A stretch of 64,000 nucleotides of DNA from Candidatus Oxydemutatoraceae bacterium (GCA_965237985.1 OZ250161.1:185691-249690); one strand, 5' to 3'; positions 31,659-42,469 are shown, numbered from the stretch's first letter. Program-made: numbers and translations. Notes: a model not told the origin generated them from the letters alone.

Positions 31659-34493
31659 GTGATCAACGCACCGGGAACTGGGTTGCAAACCGGGAGTTTC
31701 GGTGTTTTGCACTTGCCTTACAGAGAAGATCTGTTGGCGGTTTGCGCCCGCTCTGTCGTGCGGCTTGGTGCTGAACAGCTTCCAGACCTCAGTGCTGCCT
31801 TAGTGTTGCTTCCTTCTTTGCACTATAAGCAAACGCTGCTGAAAAAGCTGTTGGCTGCTGCCTGCGAATACGGGGCAAAGGCACTCATCCCACCTGAAAT
31901 CACGACTCTGAAGCAGCTTGCGGCGTGTAAAGCATCAGGCGAGTGCTGGTTCCTGGAATCGCACGAGCGAAAATTCATCCTGGCTTTTTCGTTGAAAGAA
32001 AACAGTGATCTTTTCAAGCATGGCGATGTTTGGCAGCTTGGTGAAGAGTTGGGGCTGACTTTTGATGAAATGGCGGCTTGTGGCGTGGGTAAACGCGGCG
32101 AAACGGTTTTGTCTGCAACTGCTTCTGAACGTATTTTTCTCGATCTCTTTCAGTCCTGGCAAGCGCAATCGGAAGACGATGAGCTTCCTGATTTGCAGAC
32201 CGTCTATTTGAAATATCTTGAATCTGGTGTGCTCGGCAATGGCTTTGAAAAAATTTTTATGTGTGGTCTCGATCATCTTAGTCCGGCAGAAGCCAGCTGG
32301 TCTGAAAAACTGTTCGGACAGGGCAAAGCCGTATCGTTTTTGCACGCACCATCTGGGGATGCGACTCCGCCGGCCACTATGCACCGGGCAGTCCCTGGGG
32401 TTGTTGTGGCAGCGAATGGCGGAGATGGCGCGAGCGAGGTTTTGCACCAGGCTTTTGATTTTAGCAGGACCCTTTTTGAGCGTGCCGCATATTGTCGCAG
32501 TCATTTTCCGCAAAGCCCCATAGCGGATCGCTTGAAGATTTTCTGGCCCGATAGCATGGCGCAGCACGCCAAGGGGCTGTGCCTGCGCATTCAGGAATGG
32601 TTGGCTATGGGGAAGCACAAGGTAACAGTGGTCAGCTTTGACCGCAAACTTGCCAGGATGTTGCATGCCGGCCTGGCTAACCAAGGAGTCAAACTGCTGG
32701 ATTTTTCTGGTTGGGCCTTGTCGACAACCAGTTCTGCCACTACGGTTGCACTTTTATTGCCCAAGGAAGATCTGGGTTTTCGCTGTCATGAAATTTTACG
32801 TCTGGTTCGTTCTCCCTATTGCAACTTCAACCGTTCTCAGGAAAGTCTGGTGCGCATCGTCCGAACGGCGCGGCAAGCAATGGCGGCGGTGGATTATCCG
32901 GTTGTTACTTTGGAGGAGCTGCTGGCGGTGCTCGCCAGTAGGCAACGCAGTTCCCGGCGTCGCGCCTGTCAGGAAGCGAGTCTTTTTTTTCAAGGCATCA
33001 GACCAATGTTTGCTGGTTTGGAAGCCTTGTTTGGGGGTCGGCTAAAAAGCGCTGAGTTTTTCGCGGCCTTGTCTTCGGTCTTCGTGGCGTTTGGGATCAG
33101 GGATGCTTTGGAGTGTGATGCGGCGGGGCGGGAAATCCTCGAGCGGCTGGGAGAGATACGTCGCTTCGGTGCGGAACGCGATGAAGAAATAAACTGGGGT
33201 TTCTGGCGGTCATGGGTTTTGCATACACTTGAGCACAACAGTTTCAAGCCGGAAGTCAAAGTGGCGCCAGGGGAGCCGCACGCTATTTTGTACAACCTGC
33301 AGCAAGCGACTTTGCTGCAGTCGCAAGCGCTGATTGTGGCGGCTTTGGATCTCCGGCATTTGTCGCCGTTGCGTGGCATGTTGCTGAACGAGCAGGTGCG
33401 TCAGGAACTGGGGCTGCCGGGCAGGGAAGCCCTGCGCAACCTTCAGCAGAACCGTTTCCGTGCCTTGCTCGAGTCGGCGCCTGAAGTGTTGCTGAGTTGC
33501 CAGACATACGACCGGAGTGGGAGAGTGGAAGCAGTTCCCTGGCTGCACAGTCTGAGGAGTTTTCACGAGTTCTGTTACCAGGACGATCTTGCGGATCAGT
33601 CCCTGTTTGAAAATTCTTTGCCTGCCCCGCCCCACTCTGTTTTGAAAAATCTACCGTGTATGCCAGCTCCTGATGCCCCTCGCGGAAGCTGGCCAAAGGC
33701 GATCAGTGTTGGTGCCTTCCAGGTTGCAAGTCGTTGTCCATACCGTTTTTTTGTGGAGAACTGCCTAGGTTTTAAGGAGCAAAGTGTGGCGGGCAGCTTT
33801 CTGGACAAACGTGATTTTGGTCCCCATTTACACAGCTGTCTGGCCACCCTGCATGGTGAAATTAAAAATTTTTCTGTCGGATTGGATCGTGCTGCTTGTT
33901 CTTCTGCCCGGAAACGTTTCCTCGCTTTTGCCAAGGAAGCGGTGGAGCAGGAGTTTTTGCCGTATGTGCGGAACAGTTATGCCAACCATTTCTGGCTGTT
34001 GGCTGCAAATGACATCTGTGCGCGCTATGTGGATTGGTGGCTGGAAAACTCGTCTTTTTATACGGCCGAGGACGTGCAAAGCGAAGTAAAACTCGAAAAA
34101 ACCCTTGCTGATGGTTTGTGTTTACAGGGCCGGGCGGACCTGGTGGTGTGGCTTCCATCTGGACAAGTAATGGTGGATTTCAAAACCGGGCAGGTGCCTG
34201 CCAGGGCGCGCATTGTGCAGGGAAATGAAGTGCAGCTTTTCAGTTACGCGCTGATGAGTGAAAACGTAAGCGAGGTGCGTTACTTGAAAATGCAGCCGTA
34301 CACTCCTTTGCGTCACACGGTTTTTTCCGGAACCGAGCTTGCCGAGTTGCAGGAGAAAACTTCGCAGCGCCTGCGGGAATTTCGTAGCGATTTTGCAAGT
34401 GGGAAACCTTTGCCTGCCTGGGGAAGCGATGTGGATTGTTGTCACTGTCCACACAGCGGTCTTTGTCGACGACCCAGCTGGGTCGGCTACTGA
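31659..34493 (+). CDS. AddB-like PD-(D/E)XK nuclease superfamily protein (inactivated-helicase N-region plus RecB-family nuclease C-domain with a Cys cluster), 944 aa
   Basis: C-terminal 'GRADLVVWLPSGQVMVDFKTGQVP' is the RecB-nuclease 'GxIDRID...DYKTG'-type motif. Cysteines are at 'FQVASRCPYRFF' and the terminal 'DCCHCPHSGLC'. There is no intact Walker A. No UvrD/AddA-like partner lies within 20 kb. Confidence 0.6.
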   Translation: MINAPGTGLQTGSFGVLHLPYREDLLAVCARSVVRLGAEQLPDLSAALVLLPSLHYKQTLLKKLLAAACEYGAKALIPPEITTLKQLAACKASGECWFLESHERKFILAFSLKENSDLFKHGDVWQLGEELGLTFDEMAACGVGKRGETVLSATASERIFLDLFQSWQAQSEDDELPDLQTVYLKYLESGVLGNGFEKIFMCGLDHLSPAEASWSEKLFGQGKAVSFLHAPSGDATPPATMHRAVPGVVVAANGGDGASEVLHQAFDFSRTLFERAAYCRSHFPQSPIADRLKIFWPDSMAQHAKGLCLRIQEWLAMGKHKVTVVSFDRKLARMLHAGLANQGVKLLDFSGWALSTTSSATTVALLLPKEDLGFRCHEILRLVRSPYCNFNRSQESLVRIVRTARQAMAAVDYPVVTLEELLAVLASRQRSSRRRACQEASLFFQGIRPMFAGLEALFGGRLKSAEFFAALSSVFVAFGIRDALECDAAGREILERLGEIRRFGAERDEEINWGFWRSWVLHTLEHNSFKPEVKVAPGEPHAILYNLQQATLLQSQALIVAALDLRHLSPLRGMLLNEQVRQELGLPGREALRNLQQNRFRALLESAPEVLLSCQTYDRSGRVEAVPWLHSLRSFHEFCYQDDLADQSLFENSLPAPPHSVLKNLPCMPAPDAPRGSWPKAISVGAFQVASRCPYRFFVENCLGFKEQSVAGSFLDKRDFGPHLHSCLATLHGEIKNFSVGLDRAACSSARKRFLAFAKEAVEQEFLPYVRNSYANHFWLLAANDICARYVDWWLENSSFYTAEDVQSEVKLEKTLADGLCLQGRADLVVWLPSGQVMVDFKTGQVPARARIVQGNEVQLFSYALMSENVSEVRYLKMQPYTPLRHTVFSGTELAELQEKTSQRLREFRSDFASGKPLPAWGSDVDCCHCPHSGLCRRPSWVGY

Positions 34494-34574
34494 AGTGCCG
34501 CGACTTTAGCGAAAATACAGGTTTTTTTCTGTTTCCGGGTTGTGGGTTTTGTCTGGATTATGGCCCGGGAAAAA

Positions 34575-35087
34575 TCATTGTAGTTTGCCGCTCGTGATGA
34601 ATTGGGAAAAAGTTTCACACCAGATCAGGGCGCTTTTCACGGTATTCAGGTCAACATGGGCGGGAATGGGGAAAGATTGGTAACCCTCGAATTGCTGAAT
34701 GTTGCCAACGAAGTGAGAGCCGGCTTTTATGGCGAGAAATGCGTTTTCGGTTTCAATATCATCCCGCCTGTTGATCAAATAAAGCTTGTAATTCGGCCCG
34801 TTGGTGACCTTGAAATTGTCTTCCAGCACGACCCAGTTTGTGCTTTGGAAGCGAACAATTTTGAAGTTTCCCCGGCCGCGGTGAAGCAGGTCGGAATCGT
34901 TCGCGGCGGGGTTGAAACGCCCGCTTTTGAGGACCTGCGTTTGAGTGCTTGAGGGATCTTCCAGCTGGCGTTTCAACTCGCGACCTTGGGGACTGGGTTG
35001 CTGTTCGATACTGCGGTGGGTGTACCAGAGAAGAAAGGCAGGGACGAGCAGGCTAGCAGCGACCACCGCGGAAATAGTTTTTTTCAT
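34575..35087 (-). CDS. DM13 domain-containing exported or membrane-anchored protein
   Basis: N-terminal hydrophobic anchor 'MKKTISAVVAASLLVPAFLLWY'. 'FKIVRFQSTNWVVLEDNFKVTNGPNYKLYLI' matches the DM13 'F.vtnGPdL.VyL' core. Confidence 0.6.
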   Translation of the reverse strand: MKKTISAVVAASLLVPAFLLWYTHRSIEQQPSPQGRELKRQLEDPSSTQTQVLKSGRFNPAANDSDLLHRGRGNFKIVRFQSTNWVVLEDNFKVTNGPNYKLYLINRRDDIETENAFLAIKAGSHFVGNIQQFEGYQSFPIPAHVDLNTVKSALIWCETFSQFITSGKLQ

Positions 35088-35960
35088 GTTCCCGCCATCA
35101 TAACTGTTCGGTTTTCAATGCCGTTTAGCCGGGTTTTGTTGCGGATAGGTCATTGCATCGCTCTCGCTTGTGCGGGAAGCAACAAACAACCAGAGGCTGA
35201 CAGATTTCATTGTCCTGCGTGTGAAGGTGAAGCAGGTCAGTTCCATTCGCAGTGGGGTTGAAATGCCCGCTTTTACGGGTCTGTAGTTGAGTTACTGACG
35301 TGCCTGACGGATCTGCCAGCTGGCGTTTCAACTCGCGACCTTGGGGACTGGGTTGCTGTTCGATACTGCGGTGGGTGTACCAGAGAAGAAAGGCAGGGAC
35401 GAGCAGGCTGGCAGCGACCACCGCGGAAATAGTTTTTTTCATGTTCCCGCCATCATAACTGTTCGGTTTTCAATGCCGTTTAGTCGGGTTTTGTTGCGGA
35501 TAGGTCATTGCATTGCTCTCGCTTGTGCGGGAAGCAACAAACAACCCGAGGCTGACGATTTCATTGTCCTGCGTGTTGAAGGTGAAGCAGGTCAGTTCCA
35601 TTCGCAGTGGGGTTGAAACGCCCGCTTTTACGGCTCTGTAGTTGAGTTGCTGACGTGCCTGACGGGCCGCCCGGCTGGCGTTTCAACTCGCGACCTTGGG
35701 GACTGGGTGGCTGTTCGATGCTGCGCTGGGTGTACCAGAGAAGAAAGGCAGGGACGAATGGGCTGGCAGCGACCACCGCGGAGATAGTTTTTCTTGCGAT
35801 CCTGCTATCATAACTGTTCGGTTTTCAATGTCGTGCTTCCGTTCGTGCGGGGACCAGCAACCCAGGGCAACGATTTCATTGTCCTGCGTGTTGAAGGCGA
35901 AGCAGGTTAAATTCGTTTGCAGTGGGGTAGACGCTGGACATCGTGCTTTTCAAAAAGGTG
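34890..35960. repeat. Tandem repeat, 3 units of about 356 bp, duplicating the first approximately 60 codons and promoter region of the DM13 gene
   Basis: Units start 'ccagctggcgtttcaactcgcgaccttggggactgggt' at about 34961, 35317 and 35673. Upstream copies give truncated ORFs 35125..35442(-) and 35561..35776(-) starting 'MKKTISAVVAASLLVPAFLLWYTHRSIEQ'. Confidence 0.9.
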
Positions 35961-36255
35961 GTCGTATTTGTACTCATCTGATTGGCTTATCGCTCTGTTT
36001 GCCAAGGCCCGGTTCCGTGTCATGATAAGACACACCTTAGGGTACGTTGCGGTGGTGCACGGTCAGTGGGTGGTCGGTCGTGTTCCGGGTTTCACGCAGT
36101 ATGTCTGGTTGTTGACTCCGGCTTCTCATAATCTCGGGGTTGCCGGCAGCAAGGCTTTATGTTTATGGAAAAAGTTTCCATTAAATGGAAGAAAATGGGA
36201 ATTACCTTCTTTTTTTGGAAAAACATAGGCACCAGAATGGTTAGCCTAGTGTTTC

Positions 36256-36696
36256 GTGGCTTCAAGAATCATCCCCAAAGCAGACTTGTGCTTGATGCTC
36301 ACGCCGTCGGTACAACGACGGATAGATACTCATCTCGGACAACGCATTCGGACCTTGAGACGTATGCGCAGCGCTACGCTTTTGGATGTGGCGACTTTGC
36401 TCAATCGCTCAGCTCAGCAGGTATCACGCCTCGAAAGCGGGGCCTGTCGGGTTTCGGTGGCGCAGCTTTGCATGATTTCCGTTTGGTATGGCGCCCGTTT
36501 GGGGTGGTTTTTTTACGGTTTGGAAGAAGCGTTTCCGGATTTTGGAAACCAGGTTCGGGAACGTTTGACGGTTTACGATTATCGCGAACGCGAAGAGTCC
36601 GAAAAGGCACTGCTTACCGCTTTTCGCGCGCTCAAGTCCAGGAATTGCCGCCGGCACTTGGTCAGGCTGGTAGAAGGCCTTGCCAACGAAGTCTAA
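36256..36696 (+). CDS. XRE-family (Cro/C1-type) HTH transcriptional regulator
   Basis: 'LGQRIRTLRRMRSATLLDVATLLNRSAQQVSRLESG' is a classic HTH_XRE. The C-terminal approximately 80 aa are unassigned. The last 30 codons lie inside a tandem repeat. Confidence 0.75.
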   Translation: MASRIIPKADLCLMLTPSVQRRIDTHLGQRIRTLRRMRSATLLDVATLLNRSAQQVSRLESGACRVSVAQLCMISVWYGARLGWFFYGLEEAFPDFGNQVRERLTVYDYREREESEKALLTAFRALKSRNCRRHLVRLVEGLANEV

Positions 36697-37625
36697 GCGG
36701 CATTTCGCTGCCTTCAGGTAGAACCGGCGGAGCCCTCCTGACCGGTCGTGTGCTTCGTGTCGGTTCCCTGTTTTTCGTGCCCTTCCCGGAGTGGAGCCGC
36801 GGGGGAGCCACTGCTTACTGCTTTTCGCGCGCTCAAGTCCAGGAATTGCCGCCGGCACTTGGTCAGGCTGACAGAAGGCCTTGCCAACGAAGTCTAAGCG
36901 GTATTTCGCTGCCTTCAGGTAGAACCGGCAGAGCCCCCCTGACCGGTCGTGTGCTTCGTGCCGGTTCCCTGTTTTTCGTGCCCTTCTCGGAGTGGAGTTG
37001 CTGGGGAGCCACTGCTTACTGCTTTTCGCGCGCTCAAGTCCAGGAATTGCCGCCGGCACTTGGTCAGGCTGACAGAAGGCCTTGCCAACGAAGTCTAAGC
37101 GGCATTTCGCTGCCTTCAGGTAGAACCGGCGGAGTCCCCCTGACCGGTCGTGTGCTTCGTGCCGGTTCCCTGTTTTTCGTGCCCTTCTCGGAGTGGAGTT
37201 GCTGGGGAGCCACTGCTTACTGCTTTTCGCGTGCTCAAGTCCAGGAATTGCCGCCGGTACTTGGTCAGGCTGACAGAAGGTCTTGCCAACGAAGTCTAAG
37301 CGGCATTTCACTGCCTTCAGGTAGAACCGGCGGAGCCCTCCTGACCGGTCGTGTGCTTCGTGCCGGTTCCTCGTTTTTCGTGCCCTTCCCGGAGTGGAGC
37401 CGCGGGGGAGGCACTGCTTACTGCTTTTCGCGCGCTCAAGTCCAGGAGTTGCCGCCGGCACTTGGTCAGGCTGACAGAAGGCCTTGCCAACGAAGTCTAA
37501 GCGGCATTTCACTGCCTTCAGGTAGAACCGGCGGAGCACCCCTGACCGGTCGTGTGCTTCGTGCCGGTTCCTCGTTTTTCGGACCCTTCCCGGAGTGGAG
37601 TTGCAGGGGAGCCACTGCTTCTGTC
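36607..37625. repeat. Tandem repeat, about 5 units of about 200 bp, duplicating the 3' end of the XRE regulator plus downstream sequence
   Basis: Units 'cactgcttactgcttttcgcgcgctcaagtccaggaattgccgccggcacttggtcaggctg(a/g)(c/t)agaaggccttgccaacgaagtctaagcgg' start at about 36607, 36812, 37011, 37212 and 37412. Confidence 0.9.
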
Positions 37626-37817
37626 AATGGTGTGTCGATGCCAATGTTGCGTGTTTTGGTTGTTCGATCCGGTTTTTGCTTGAGTGTTTTGCCCGCTTGC
37701 AGACGGTTTTCTGTGTTCAGGGGCGAGTCCTGTCAGGGGCGGCGTATGGGTTTGCCGTATTGCCAGACTTTTTGTCTCTGGGAGCCAATGCTTTTGGCAC
37801 CGTGAGCCAGACTGCGG

Positions 37818-40800
37818 ATGGTGAAATACTTTTTTGGTCAAGAAAGTCTGGTCGCCGAGGGAGGGCGGTCGGCACTCCGCCGACGTGGGTTGCCTGCCAA
37901 TGCACTGTGGTCTCGTGAGGTTTTTTTCTTGGACTGTGCTCCGGCTATGCCTGCCGTGCATTTCAAACGGCTTGCTGAACTCTTTCGTGCCAACCAGGGT
38001 GTTGCCGAAGATTTGGAAAAAGAATTTGCCCGGCCTGGGTGCTACCTGGTTCTCCCGCGCGCCGGCTTGATTTCTGCCTGGTCAAGCGGTGCCGGAGATA
38101 TATGTCGGGTTGCGCGTTTCAGTGGAGTGCGGCGAGTTGAACGGGGGCTTTTTTACCGCTTTGACCAAGCGGCTTTTGCTCAGGAGGGCGGCGGACAGGG
38201 TCAGGTTTCTGTGGCCGATGTTGAAACCTTTATGGCTGAGCTACACGATCGGATGACTGAAAGAGTCATTCGTGATGCTCAGGAACTGGAGACTTTGTTT
38301 GAGAGCACAAGTCCAGCTGCTTTTTCCGTTGTAACCCTGGGCACTGATTCGGGGCAGGCGGCCGCAGCAATCCGGGCTGCTGCCAAGTGTTTTGGTTTCC
38401 AGCTCAGCGTTGCTCAAATTGCATTTTTGTTGCGGCAATACGCCGCCTTGGGGCGCTCGCCTACCGACTTGGAACTCATGATGTTCGCCCAGGTCAATTC
38501 TGAGCATTGTCGTCACCATGTTTTCAATGCCCGTTGGGATATTGGAGGGGTCGATCCGGGGTTCACGCTGTTTGACCTGATACGTCAAACGCGGGCGCTC
38601 TCTCCGTCAAGAGTGCTTTGTGCTTACGAAGACAACGCTGCCGTTGTAGAAAGTTCGCGAGGGAACTATTGGCAGGTGGCACCAGATACCGGGGTATATG
38701 GCAACCAGCCGGGAGACCTGGTGATGGTGCTCAAGGTCGAAACGCATAATCATCCGACTGCCATTGCTCCTTTCCCTGGCGCGGGAACCGGTGCAGGGGG
38801 CGAAATTCGTGATGAAGCCGCTACCGGGCGCGGTGCCCGTCCCCTCGCTGGTATGTGCGGCTTTATCGTGTCTGATCTGCATTTGCCGGGGCACCCAAGG
38901 TCTTGGGAGAAAGCGAGTTCTGTGCCGCCGTTTTTTGCCGATCCATGCCAGATCATGCTGGAGGGGCCGGTTGGCGCCGCGCGTTTCAATAACGAATTCG
39001 GTCGGCCTGGTCTGGGTGGTTTTTTTCGGACTTTTGAACACCGACAAGGAACAACCTACTGGGGGTATCACAAGCCCGTAATGATCGCCGGCGGCATGGG
39101 GACAGCTCCGGGATTTTCTCCCAAGCGCAAAGTTCTTGAAGACGCTATGGTCGTGGTTTTGGGTGGGCCGGCAATGTTGATTGGTCTGGGCGGCGGGAGT
39201 TCGTCTTCACAGACTGCGGGGACAAACCGCAGCGAACTGGACTATGCCTCGGTGCAACGGGCGAATGCGGAGATGCAACGGCGTTGTCAGGAAGTCATCG
39301 ACCGTTGCGTTGCGTTGGGGGAAGGGAACCCAATATTGGCGATCCATGATGTTGGCGCTGGTGGGCTGGCCAACGCTGTCCCGGAGTTGCTGGCAGAAGG
39401 GGGCTGCGGCGGGACTATCGAGCTTGCCGATGTTCCGAGCGCGGATTTCGGGATGTCGCCGCTTGAGCTCTGGTGCAATGAAGCACAGGAGCGCTATGTG
39501 TTGGTCGTTGTGCGTGAACACTTAGGTCAGCTCTCTGCTTTATGCGAGCGGGAACGTTGCCCGGTGGCGGTTATTGGAGTTGCAAAAAAAAACGCTCCCT
39601 TGATCATCCGCGACCGTCGTTATGGCAACGAGCCGGCGTCTGTTCCAATGGACATGTTGATTGGAAAAGTTCCTGGTGGCTCGAAGGTTGTCAGGTTGCC
39701 ATCGCTCTCCTCCTCACGTGTCAATGGGCAGGCCTTTCAGAAGCCGGTGGTGAATCTGGGCGACATTGCGGACGCTGGCCAGGCGCAGACCTCCCCGTCG
39801 GCTACTTTTTCCCCGGCAGATGTGGAGCTTGAAGAAGCAGTAGAGCGCGTGTTGAAGTTTCCGGCTGTGGGGTCCAAAAATTTTCTGATCACGATAGCGG
39901 ATCGAACGGTGAGCGGACTGGTTTCTCGTGACCAGCTTGTCGGCCCGTACCAGGTTCCGGTCAGTGACTGTGCTGTGTGTGCCGTGGACTATATTGGTTA
40001 CGCTGGCCAGGCGATGGCTATGGGTGAGCGTACACCGGTGGCGGTTTGGAATGCTCCTGCTTCTGGACGTTTGGCCGTTGCGGAGGCCCTGACGAACATT
40101 TTTGCGGCCGATGTCCCTGCTTTGACGGACATTAGCTTGTCTGCCAATTGGATGGCGGCACAGGGTTACCCGGGTCAGGACGCGGCCTTGTATGAAACTG
40201 TCTGTGCAGTGACAACCGGGCTTTGTTCAAAATTGGGCATTGCGATTCCGATGGGCAAGGACTCACTGTCCATGCGCACCGAGTGGCGGGAACAGGGGAA
40301 GCAATATGAAGTGGTTTCGCCACTGTCACTGGTGGTCACAAGCTTTGCCCCGGTTACAGACGTTCGCAAGACCAGCACCCCTGAACTGTTATGCGATCAG
40401 GATACGGTTTTGTTGCTCATAGATTTTTCGCGCGGAAAAAACCGCCTGGGTGGTTCGGTGCTGGAGCAGGTGTGCAACGTTTTTGGGAATGTCCCCGCTG
40501 ATCTGGATTGCCCTGAGGACTTGCAAAAGACGCACGGTTTTCTGCGTCGCCTACGTGCGGCGGGAATGTTGCTTGCCTGTCACGACCGCTCGGACGGCGG
40601 GCTTTTTGTCACGCTGTGCGAAATGGCGTTTGCTGCACATACCGGCTTGGAGATAGGACTTTCCTGTGAATCCGGTGATGCACCAGGTTTTCTGTTTTCC
40701 GAGGAGCCAGGTCTGGTCATACAGGTTGCGGCCGATGCTTTGCCTCAGGTTGAACAGCTTGCCGCTGAATCTGGTCTTGGCGATTGTTGCCATCAAATTG

Positions 40801-41831
40801 GGCAACCGAGTCATGATCTCGAATTTCGTCTTTTGCTTGCCGGTCGAGCCTGGTCCTGGGACTTGATGCAATTGAAAAAATGGTGGTGGGATACGAGCTA
40901 TCGCATTCAGTCTCTGCGCGACGATTCTGTCTGCGCCCGTCAAGAGCGCGATTTTGTGATCCGAAAGGATGCGTACGGATTGCGCCCGAGCTGGCGAAAT
41001 GATGTTTCTTCTCGACAGGCTGTTGTCACTCGCAAGGCACCGGGGACCAAGGGCCTGTGCCGTCCGAAGGTGGCTGTTTTTCGTGAACAGGGCGTGAACG
41101 GCCAGCGTGAAATGGCGGCGGCTTTTCATGGTGCGGGTTTCACAGCGGTCGATGTGCACACGAGTGATCTGGCTTCAGGTCGCTGTTCTTTGAAGAGTTT
41201 TCATGGGCTGGCCGCCTGCGGAGGATTTTCCTTCGGAGACGTGCTGGGAGCGGGACGTGGATGGGCGGCCAGTATTCTTTACCATCCGTTGGTGTGCGAG
41301 GAGCTGCAAGCATTTTTTGCGCGCCCTGATACTTTCGGGATAGGGGTCTGTAATGGTTGTCAGATGTTTTCGCAAATCAAGCAACTGATTCCCGGTACGG
41401 AGTCTTGGCCGTGCTTTGTCGGCAACCGGTCAAGGCAGTTTGAAGCCCGCCTCAGCCTGGTAGAAGTGTTGGACACGCGCTCTATTTTTTTTGCGGGGAT
41501 GGCAAACAGTTTGCTTATGGTTCCGGTAGCGCATGCCGAGGGTCGGGTTGTTTTTGAAGACGGAGTCCCGGAGGCGCTTGCACACAACACCTGCCTGCGT
41601 TATGTGGGTCACGCAGATCGGGAAGCGACGGAAAACTATCCGGAGAACCCAAATGGGAGCACGGCTGGCATCACCGGTTTTTGCAATGACGATGGTCGCA
41701 TCACCATCCTGATGCCGCACCCGGAGCGGGTTTTCAGAGGAATACAGTTCTCATGGAGACCAAAGGAATGGGAGGATGCAAGTCCTTGGTCGCGGTTTTT
41801 TGAAAACGCGAAACTCTGGCTGGACAACTGA
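37818..41831 (+). CDS. purL: Phosphoribosylformylglycinamidine synthase (single-chain large PurL)
   Basis: 1337 aa. 'VETHNHPTAIAPFPGAGTGAGGEIRDE', the aminator/PurM-like duplications and a C-terminal glutamine amidotransferase domain with 'GVCNGCQM'. Confidence 0.95.
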   Translation: MVKYFFGQESLVAEGGRSALRRRGLPANALWSREVFFLDCAPAMPAVHFKRLAELFRANQGVAEDLEKEFARPGCYLVLPRAGLISAWSSGAGDICRVARFSGVRRVERGLFYRFDQAAFAQEGGGQGQVSVADVETFMAELHDRMTERVIRDAQELETLFESTSPAAFSVVTLGTDSGQAAAAIRAAAKCFGFQLSVAQIAFLLRQYAALGRSPTDLELMMFAQVNSEHCRHHVFNARWDIGGVDPGFTLFDLIRQTRALSPSRVLCAYEDNAAVVESSRGNYWQVAPDTGVYGNQPGDLVMVLKVETHNHPTAIAPFPGAGTGAGGEIRDEAATGRGARPLAGMCGFIVSDLHLPGHPRSWEKASSVPPFFADPCQIMLEGPVGAARFNNEFGRPGLGGFFRTFEHRQGTTYWGYHKPVMIAGGMGTAPGFSPKRKVLEDAMVVVLGGPAMLIGLGGGSSSSQTAGTNRSELDYASVQRANAEMQRRCQEVIDRCVALGEGNPILAIHDVGAGGLANAVPELLAEGGCGGTIELADVPSADFGMSPLELWCNEAQERYVLVVVREHLGQLSALCERERCPVAVIGVAKKNAPLIIRDRRYGNEPASVPMDMLIGKVPGGSKVVRLPSLSSSRVNGQAFQKPVVNLGDIADAGQAQTSPSATFSPADVELEEAVERVLKFPAVGSKNFLITIADRTVSGLVSRDQLVGPYQVPVSDCAVCAVDYIGYAGQAMAMGERTPVAVWNAPASGRLAVAEALTNIFAADVPALTDISLSANWMAAQGYPGQDAALYETVCAVTTGLCSKLGIAIPMGKDSLSMRTEWREQGKQYEVVSPLSLVVTSFAPVTDVRKTSTPELLCDQDTVLLLIDFSRGKNRLGGSVLEQVCNVFGNVPADLDCPEDLQKTHGFLRRLRAAGMLLACHDRSDGGLFVTLCEMAFAAHTGLEIGLSCESGDAPGFLFSEEPGLVIQVAADALPQVEQLAAESGLGDCCHQIGQPSHDLEFRLLLAGRAWSWDLMQLKKWWWDTSYRIQSLRDDSVCARQERDFVIRKDAYGLRPSWRNDVSSRQAVVTRKAPGTKGLCRPKVAVFREQGVNGQREMAAAFHGAGFTAVDVHTSDLASGRCSLKSFHGLAACGGFSFGDVLGAGRGWAASILYHPLVCEELQAFFARPDTFGIGVCNGCQMFSQIKQLIPGTESWPCFVGNRSRQFEARLSLVEVLDTRSIFFAGMANSLLMVPVAHAEGRVVFEDGVPEALAHNTCLRYVGHADREATENYPENPNGSTAGITGFCNDDGRITILMPHPERVFRGIQFSWRPKEWEDASPWSRFFENAKLWLDN

Positions 41832-42469
41832 GTTGGATGGATTAAATTTTCATTGCAGTAAATATCAGGCCGGGAGTGAAATATCCGCCTGCAGGCAGGT
41901 GAAATGATCACTGCCAGCGGAATGAAAGCAGAGGAAACGAGTTTCATGGGGTTGGTTCCTGCTCGTGTTGGATGCTTGGGTATCGTTCACAGGGTTGGTT
42001 GGTGGATTCCGGGAATGTTTCTGCCGTGCCGCGACCCGGCCGAGTCTCAGGTTGAGATGCTTGGCATCAACAGAGTTTGCGGCGGGGCTGTCCGAAGCTA
42101 CGCCGCCCGGGCGGGATTGGAGCTCGCGTGCCACTTGCTGTCGTTTCAGGTGTCTTCCTGGCGGACGGTCTCGCATACCCCGAGGTGCGTCGGCCCTTAG
42201 CCGCTCACGAGCAATACCTCGGAGCTGGTTGATTCTTGTGCCATTCGCTTTTTTTGGATGATGGTTCCGGCAAGGAAGTTGCGAGATTAAAAGCGGTCAT
42301 TCCTGTAATGAGAAAAAGCGGACGCTGTCAGGGCGCTTGCCCAAACGAAAGGTCCACTCTTGTTAATGAAGGAGGGTTCTGAGCTATAATGTGGGGAGTG
42401 TGTTTGGGGGATGAAACGTTTCCCGGCCCGCTTTTGGATGGGTGGTTTTTTAGCACTTGGGGAGGGGTT

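Noticed and set aside
36159-37805. 548-aa ORF with a perfectly periodic protein sequence
   Set aside because: It is a frame running through the 5x 200-bp tandem DNA repeat downstream of the XRE regulator. It has no start context or domain, and its periodicity equals the DNA unit.
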